Assembly: GCA_027859205.1 (NCBI GenBank)
Contig: JAQIBH010000040.1
Location: 1,825-65,824 of the forward strand
DNA length: 64,000 nucleotides
Direction of reading: 5' to 3'
From: Bacteroidales bacterium
GTDB lineage: Bacteria; Bacteroidota; Bacteroidia; Bacteroidales; UBA12077
The position numbers were made by a program, and so were the translations under genes. The notes beneath the pieces were generated by a model that was not told where the DNA came from, did not search any database, and saw only the letters and a program-made list of their open reading frames with translations. Positions 58,549 through 64,000 of this stretch are shown here, one piece after another. How positions within the stretch are numbered: position 1 is the first letter of the stretch; every line of letters begins with the position of its first letter.

Positions 58549-59186
58549 AAGAAAAAATAAAAATATTTCTGGTTGACGACCATACTCTTTTCCGAGAAGG
58601 TCTTGTATTTTTATTATCGGATAGTAATTTTATTTCGGAAATTTACGAAGCAGAAAATGGTAAGGAATTACTAAAAAAAATTCTGAATGTAAAACCGGAT
58701 ATTATTTTAATGGATATAGAAATGCCAGAAATGAATGGTATTGAAGCAACGAGAGAAGTTTTAAAATTGTATCCGGAAACCAAAATAATTGCTTTATCGA
58801 TGTACGCAAACGAGAACTACTATTCAGAAATGATTGATGCAGGTGCAAGAGGGTTTTTACTAAAAAATTCAAAATTTGAAGATGTTCAAAAAGCTATTAA
58901 TGAAGTACATCAAGGGAAAAACTATTTTTCTCCGGAAATTTTAGATGCCATAATTAAGAGTCTGAATAAAAAAAATAAAAAACAAAATACTGATTTAACC
59001 GAACGTGAAATTGAAATTCTTTATAATATTTGTAAGGGATTATCAAATCAGGCAATAGCAGACATTCTATACATCAGTAAACGTACAGTCGACAAACACC
59101 GTGAAAATATACTATTTAAAACCCAGTCTAAAAACACCGCCGGATTAGTTATATATGCTATAAAAAATGATATTTTTGAAGTTTAG
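58545..59186 (+). CDS. LuxR/NarL-family response regulator
   Basis: Receiver (IFLVDDH...ILMDIEMPEMNG...LSMY) plus HTH_LuxR (LTEREIEILYNICKGLSNQAIADILYISKRTVDKH). It overlaps the kinase gene by 4 nt. Confidence 0.9.
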   Translation: MKEKIKIFLVDDHTLFREGLVFLLSDSNFISEIYEAENGKELLKKILNVKPDIILMDIEMPEMNGIEATREVLKLYPETKIIALSMYANENYYSEMIDAGARGFLLKNSKFEDVQKAINEVHQGKNYFSPEILDAIIKSLNKKNKKQNTDLTEREIEILYNICKGLSNQAIADILYISKRTVDKHRENILFKTQSKNTAGLVIYAIKNDIFEV

Positions 59187-59333
59187 AATTTAATTTAAAA
59201 AGATATCTTATACGTTTATAAACTAATAAAATAAGTTCGAATACGTATTTTTCAATTTACGTTTTAAAGCTATTCTATAGACATTCCAATTGAAATACTT
59301 TTGGTTCAGCGTTAATCAAATATATTCTCAATT

Positions 59334-60359
59334 ATGCTAATCCCTTTTTTAATTCCGTTTATCATAGCTATTTTTTTAGCAATAAATATGGGAGGTAGCG
59401 GCACTGCTCCTGCTTTTTCTGCAGCTTATGGTGCAAATATTATTCGAAAGGCATTAATTCCAGGGATGTTTGGAATTATGGTATTTATTGGTGCAATTGT
59501 TGGGGGAAAAGAAACAGCAAAAACTGTTGGAAAAGGATTGCTTGACCCTGCTTTGATGGATTATATAATAGTTTCAATAATCCTTTTGTCCGTTGCAATA
59601 TCATTACTTATTGCTAATTTATTCGGGATTCCTCAATCTACCAGTCAGGCTACGGTAATGTCTGTTATTGCTCCGGCAGTTTATTTTCACTCTTTAAATA
59701 CAAATAAATTATTTTTTGAAATCCTTCCAACCTGGTTCATAATGCCGATTATATCCTTTGTTTTGGCTTTTTTAATTGGCAAATATATTTATAAACCTAT
59801 TAGAAAAAGAGGCTACACAATTTCAAAAAAAGTGAATGAAAGTTATGTTCTTAAAGGTCTTATTGTTTTAATGTCACTATATGTTGCTTTTTCTATTGGT
59901 ACAAATAATGTGGCAAACGCAGTTGGACCACTTGCTACTATGGCAAGTAATGAATTAAATATTGCTGATAAACATTTTGTTCATTTAATGATATTAGCAA
60001 CCTTAATTGTAGCACCGAGTTTCGGTATTGGCAGTTCTTTTTTCGGTCACAAAGTTGTAAAAAATACCGGAAAGGAAATTGTATTATTCGGCAGAATTGA
60101 AGCAGTTATTATTGCGTTTCTTTCTGCAAGTTTATTATTAACTGCTTCACTAATTAAAGGCGTTCCAACATCGTTGGTACAGATAAATGTGGGTGCCATA
60201 ATAGGTATTGGAGTAGCAAAGCTTGGTTTTAAAAATATATTTCGAAAAACTGAGGTAAACAGATTTTTTGTAATGTGGATTTTTGCTCCACTTATTGCAT
60301 TCTTTATTTCTTTGGTTTTAACTTATTTTGCTGACGAAATTAATCTTATAAATGTTTAA
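59334..60359 (+). CDS. PiT-family inorganic phosphate/sulfate transporter
   Basis: INMGGSGTAPAFSAAYGA and FSIGTNNVANAVGP (duplicated PHO4 signature); ~10 TM helices. Confidence 0.85.
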   Translation: MLIPFLIPFIIAIFLAINMGGSGTAPAFSAAYGANIIRKALIPGMFGIMVFIGAIVGGKETAKTVGKGLLDPALMDYIIVSIILLSVAISLLIANLFGIPQSTSQATVMSVIAPAVYFHSLNTNKLFFEILPTWFIMPIISFVLAFLIGKYIYKPIRKRGYTISKKVNESYVLKGLIVLMSLYVAFSIGTNNVANAVGPLATMASNELNIADKHFVHLMILATLIVAPSFGIGSSFFGHKVVKNTGKEIVLFGRIEAVIIAFLSASLLLTASLIKGVPTSLVQINVGAIIGIGVAKLGFKNIFRKTEVNRFFVMWIFAPLIAFFISLVLTYFADEINLINV

Positions 60360-60434
60360 TTTCTTTTATCTATAAAAAAAAGTTCTATTCTAATTTTTTA
60401 AATTTTGTAATAGTAAACTGCTTAAGAAAATATA

Positions 60435-61472
60435 TCAAATAATCTTCTGCTTAATCAACTTCACAAAATTATTGATATCTTCTTCCTTTGTATCAAATGA
60501 TGTCATCCAACGTACTTCTGATTTTGATTCATCCCAATCGTAAAAAAAATATTCTTGTTTTAATTCAGGAATAATTTCTTTAGGCACAATGGCAAAAATA
60601 CCGTTTGCTTCAACATTTTGCGTAATTTGTATTTGTGTTATATCTTTTATTTTAGAAGCTAATAATTGCGCCATATAATTTGAATGCTTTGCATTTTTGT
60701 ACCACAAATTATCAGATAAGTAGCGTTCAAATTGAGCTGAAATAAATCGCATTTTTGATGCTAATTGCATTCCTTGTTTTCGAATATACTTAAAATCCTG
60801 CCCTAATTCCTTATTTAGAAATAAAATAGCCTCACCGTACATCATTCCATTTTTTGTACCACCAAACGAAAGGATATCAACACCTGCATCTTTTGTAAAT
60901 TCTTTAAATCCGGAATCCAATGCGACAGCTGCGTTAGCAATACGAGCACCATCCATATGTAAATACATTTTATTTTGATGTGCAAAATCAGCTAATTCCT
61001 TTATTTCATGAATGGTATAAACGGTTCCTAACTCTGTAGCTTGGGTTATAGAGATTATTTTAGCTTGTGAATGATGCTCAAAATCAAAACCTTTCATGTG
61101 TTTTTGAATCAAATCTACCGTCAGTTTGCCATTAGGAGTTTCAACTGTAAGAAGTTTAAATCCATTGAATTTTTCAGGTGCGCCACATTCATCTTCATTA
61201 ATATGAGAAGTTTCTGCACAAATTACTGAATTCCATGAACGAGTAGCAGCGTTTAAACCCAAAACATTTGCAGCGGTACCTATAAAAACAAAATAAATAT
61301 CTATATCTGTTCCAAAATGTTCATGCAATTTTGCTTTTGCCCGATCGGTATATACATCATCACCATACGCTATTGTATGACCTTCGTTAGCTTCAATAAT
61401 TGCTTTCATTATTTCAGGATGAACACCTGAATTATTATCGCTTGCAAAACCACGTTTGTTTATTATTGACAT
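60435..61472 (-). CDS. ltaE: Low-specificity threonine aldolase-family PLP enzyme
   Basis: FASDNNSGVHPEIM, DGARIANA, SFGGTKNG (PLP-Lys context), 345 aa. Confidence 0.8.
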   Translation of the reverse strand: MSIINKRGFASDNNSGVHPEIMKAIIEANEGHTIAYGDDVYTDRAKAKLHEHFGTDIDIYFVFIGTAANVLGLNAATRSWNSVICAETSHINEDECGAPEKFNGFKLLTVETPNGKLTVDLIQKHMKGFDFEHHSQAKIISITQATELGTVYTIHEIKELADFAHQNKMYLHMDGARIANAAVALDSGFKEFTKDAGVDILSFGGTKNGMMYGEAILFLNKELGQDFKYIRKQGMQLASKMRFISAQFERYLSDNLWYKNAKHSNYMAQLLASKIKDITQIQITQNVEANGIFAIVPKEIIPELKQEYFFYDWDESKSEVRWMTSFDTKEEDINNFVKLIKQKII

Positions 61473-61486
61473 AACATAACTATTAT

Positions 61487-61558
61487 TTTGTCATATTGAG
61501 CAAAGCGAAATATCTCATTTTAACAAATAGATTCTTCACTTCGTTCAGAATGACGAAT
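61487..61558. repeat. Inverted pair of REP-like units forming a long hairpin between two minus-strand genes
   Basis: TGTCATATTGAGCAAAGCGAAATATC (61489-61514) and GATTCTTCACTTCGTTCAGAATGACG (61531-61556) are imperfect reverse complements of each other. Confidence 0.6.
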
Positions 61559-61579
61559 TATATATTTTATATAAATCGA

Positions 61580-63211
61580 TTAAAATTTTTCATCGTATTT
61601 AGTCCAAAGAAAATCACCTAGGTTCCATGCTTTATCAACTACTTTATTGCCCCAATCATTTGAGTATTTAGTAAGGTAGTTGATAGTTTTCTGTGGTTTA
61701 TTTTCATCGTAAAGCCTTAAAGCCTCTTCTTCAAATGTTTTTTGATTCTCAAATAATTCTGTTTGCATAGGGTTCCAAACATCATCAACATCATGACGCA
61801 TATCTCCCCAACGCTGAGCAGTTAAAGTGCCTAAACGATTAAAAGCCCACCAAGCCGATTCTCTTGTATAACCATTTACTCTACCAGGAATTTTATAAGA
61901 TACCGGTAAATCTGTTGTGCTGGCATATATAGGAATATAAATTGAAGATGCAACATTATCTTGAGCCAACCATACAACGCCACCAATTTCATTAGGTAAC
62001 CAATCGCGACACTGAATAATTGTCGCATACATTGTATACCAACGAGCAATAGTTCTTTCACCAAGAAACATTATGCTATTTTTTTCATGATCAACACTAT
62101 ACCATCCTCCGCTTACATTTGAAATTTCTAATTGATCATACGGCATAAAAGGGTTTGCCAATGGCGATATAATTGATTTCCCATCACCATCAGTAGCTTT
62201 AATGCTTCGAGTCATATCATAAGGTGTTCCTTCATAGTAATCTTTAAAAACAGTAACCAGATCGTCTAAAGAAACTTTTTTGTCAGGTTTAACAGAAAAA
62301 GGATAGTTTTCGGCATTTGGATCTAAATGTAATGATGGTGCCAGCAGATCAAAAATTCTCCACTCACGACGACGAGCAGCAAAAGAGTTTCTGCTTTCGG
62401 GTGCATAAGCATAACAAAATTGAAAAGTCTCATTTTCATTCCAATATCCATTTTCTTTAGCAACATCATATATATTTTCAGAAGCTAGAAAATAATCAGG
62501 TTTTGTTAGATCTATCTCTTTTATAGTACTTGCATTTACATTAGCAGCAATGTGATCATCAGGTACACGTTGTGCTACCCAAACTCCACCAACTTTATCT
62601 TTACCAGGACCTACTATTTCGAAATGCCAAACTTCTTTTGGGTCAGCTATTGTTAAGCACTCACCAGAATCATTCCAACCATATTCTTTAACCAATTCAC
62701 CAGCCATTTTAATAGCTTCACGTGCAGTTGAACAACGCCCAACCATTAACAAACATAATCTCTGACAATCAATTAAACCTGCATCTGATTGTAGTTCACT
62801 TCTCCCTCCAAAAGTAGATTCACCAATTCCTAACTGTTTTTCATTCATACAAGGATATGCCGAATTAACAAATTGAAATGTATGATCCACCTGTGGAATT
62901 TCACCAATTTTATCATGTTTATAGGCTGGCATTGCTTTTGTATTATCTGCATTACGTTTATACATTGAAACCATATCGCCCGATTTATGATCCTTTGCAG
63001 GTTGAATATTCATCCATGACCGAGTTCTGTGACTATCATCGGTATGTGAAGTAATTACAGAACCATCTTCTGATGCTAATTTACCAACAGTAATTGAAGT
63101 ACAACCTTCAGGAACTCCGCCTTTCCAATCGCTCTTATCCTGTGCATTTATAGAATTAAAGATTAAAATACTTAATAATAAATTCAATGATAGTTTAACT
63201 ATTTTTTTCAT
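61580..63211 (-). CDS. C69-family dipeptidase, secreted
   Basis: Signal peptide, then GCTSITVGKLASEDGSVITSHTDD (N-terminal nucleophile Cys context), ~540 aa. Confidence 0.85.
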   Translation of the reverse strand: MKKIVKLSLNLLLSILIFNSINAQDKSDWKGGVPEGCTSITVGKLASEDGSVITSHTDDSHRTRSWMNIQPAKDHKSGDMVSMYKRNADNTKAMPAYKHDKIGEIPQVDHTFQFVNSAYPCMNEKQLGIGESTFGGRSELQSDAGLIDCQRLCLLMVGRCSTAREAIKMAGELVKEYGWNDSGECLTIADPKEVWHFEIVGPGKDKVGGVWVAQRVPDDHIAANVNASTIKEIDLTKPDYFLASENIYDVAKENGYWNENETFQFCYAYAPESRNSFAARRREWRIFDLLAPSLHLDPNAENYPFSVKPDKKVSLDDLVTVFKDYYEGTPYDMTRSIKATDGDGKSIISPLANPFMPYDQLEISNVSGGWYSVDHEKNSIMFLGERTIARWYTMYATIIQCRDWLPNEIGGVVWLAQDNVASSIYIPIYASTTDLPVSYKIPGRVNGYTRESAWWAFNRLGTLTAQRWGDMRHDVDDVWNPMQTELFENQKTFEEEALRLYDENKPQKTINYLTKYSNDWGNKVVDKAWNLGDFLWTKYDEKF

Positions 63212-63335
63212 ATTTATCCGTTTAATTTTGAATTGCCAATTTACTAAAATGTAATAGAAAATTGATTATTTCATGTTTTTTATATTTGTAATACCTAACA
63301 ATCGGAGTACGAAGTATCTGACAATGTTATATGTG

Positions 63336-64000
63336 CTACAATAATGCATCATACAAAATTTCAACCGGATGCAATGCTTTGCGTCCTGTTCCGTCCTTAA
63401 TTTGATGTCGGCAACTTGTTCCCGGGGCAGCAATTAAAGTTTCCATATTTGCTTCACGTACAGCAGGAAATAACACCATCTCTCCTATTTTCATTGATAC
63501 TTCATAATGTTCTTTTTCGTATCCAAACGAACCTGCCATTCCGCAACATCCTGACGATATCTCCTCTACTGTATAGTTTTCAGGAAATGACAATAAAAAT
63601 TTAGTAGGATCGGTAGATGCTACTGCTTTCTGTTGACAATGCCCGTGTAGTTTTATATTCCTTTCCTCTTTAGTAAATTGTTCTTTTGCAATGTTTCCAC
63701 TTTCGATTTCTCTACTTAAAAATTCATCAATCATTATGGCTTTTTTTCCTAAATCGATTGCAGTTTGTTTTAATTCCTTACCAACCAAATCTGGATATTC
63801 ATCTCTGAATGTTAATATTGCAGAAGGTTCTATTCCTATTAAAGGTGATTTTTCTGTAATAATATTTTTTAAATAGTTAACGTTCTTTATTGCTATTTTT
63901 TTGGCTTTACGAACTAAACCCTTTGACAAATAGGTTCGTCCACTATCTATATGTTTAGGGATGATAACTTGGTATCCTAATCGAGTTAATAATTGAACCG
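63336..64000 (-). CDS. (Fe-S)-binding CCG-domain protein, C-terminal part (GlcF/HdrD-like end of a larger oxidoreductase); 5' end outside window
   Basis: CCGMAGSFGYEKEHYEVS and APGTSCRHQI (CCG-domain cysteine motifs). The minus-strand frame stays open from 63929 to the window edge (...LLTRLGYQVIIPKHIDSGRTYLSKG...). Confidence 0.7.
   Translation of the reverse strand, partial: VQLLTRLGYQVIIPKHIDSGRTYLSKGLVRKAKKIAIKNVNYLKNIITEKSPLIGIEPSAILTFRDEYPDLVGKELKQTAIDLGKKAIMIDEFLSREIESGNIAKEQFTKEERNIKLHGHCQQKAVASTDPTKFLLSFPENYTVEEISSGCCGMAGSFGYEKEHYEVSMKIGEMVLFPAVREANMETLIAAPGTSCRHQIKDGTGRKALHPVEILYDALL

Noticed and set aside
1-64000. Search by eye for tRNA, rRNA, tmRNA, SRP RNA, riboswitches, prophage or IS elements
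   Set aside because: No tRNA T-arm/acceptor-like signatures, rRNA blocks, transposase, integrase or phage structural ORFs were seen. Only rnpB was recognised. Absence of small RNAs cannot be proven without covariance-model scans.

Overview
This window looks like a low-GC Bacteroidota chromosome segment. That is a guess from gene content (DUF4295 gene next to rpmG/rpmB, RimO, QueA, KdsA, TPR-type hybrid kinases, GTCATTCC...GGAATC-type intergenic hairpins); no taxon can be proven from the sequence alone.

Positions ~19.8-64 kb are ordinary core genome. They hold gyrA, clpC-like, tpx, rimO, ftsY, rpmB/rpmG, cinA, fabG, rarA, kdsA, slyD, rnpB (RNase P RNA), queA, ygiQ, a NarL-type two-component pair, a PiT transporter, a threonine aldolase, a C69 dipeptidase, several sensor kinases and one HepT/MntA toxin-antitoxin pair.

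Positions ~0.6-19.8 kb are an accessory island between a core M3 peptidase gene and the TPR/gyrA block. It holds five gene modules:
- an orphan B12-type radical SAM enzyme;
- a YdjC-like + amidohydrolase-like pair;
- an AAA ATPase + RloB pair (AbiL/OLD-like);
- a nucleotidyltransferase + PLP enzyme + CDP-alcohol phosphatidyltransferase trio;
- a frameshifted fused R-M-S restriction enzyme followed by a stop-interrupted small ORF.

No integrase or transposase is visible. The most unusual signal is non-coding. Every gap between modules carries pieces of one ORF-free scaffold, always in the same orientation, including a 1.6-kb copy and a 0.9-kb copy 9.6 kb apart. These copies differ mainly by discrete hairpin-sized elements. 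One hairpin family keeps its flanks and AGT loop while its stem changes by paired compensatory substitutions.

I saw no CRISPR array, tRNA, rRNA or prophage genes.
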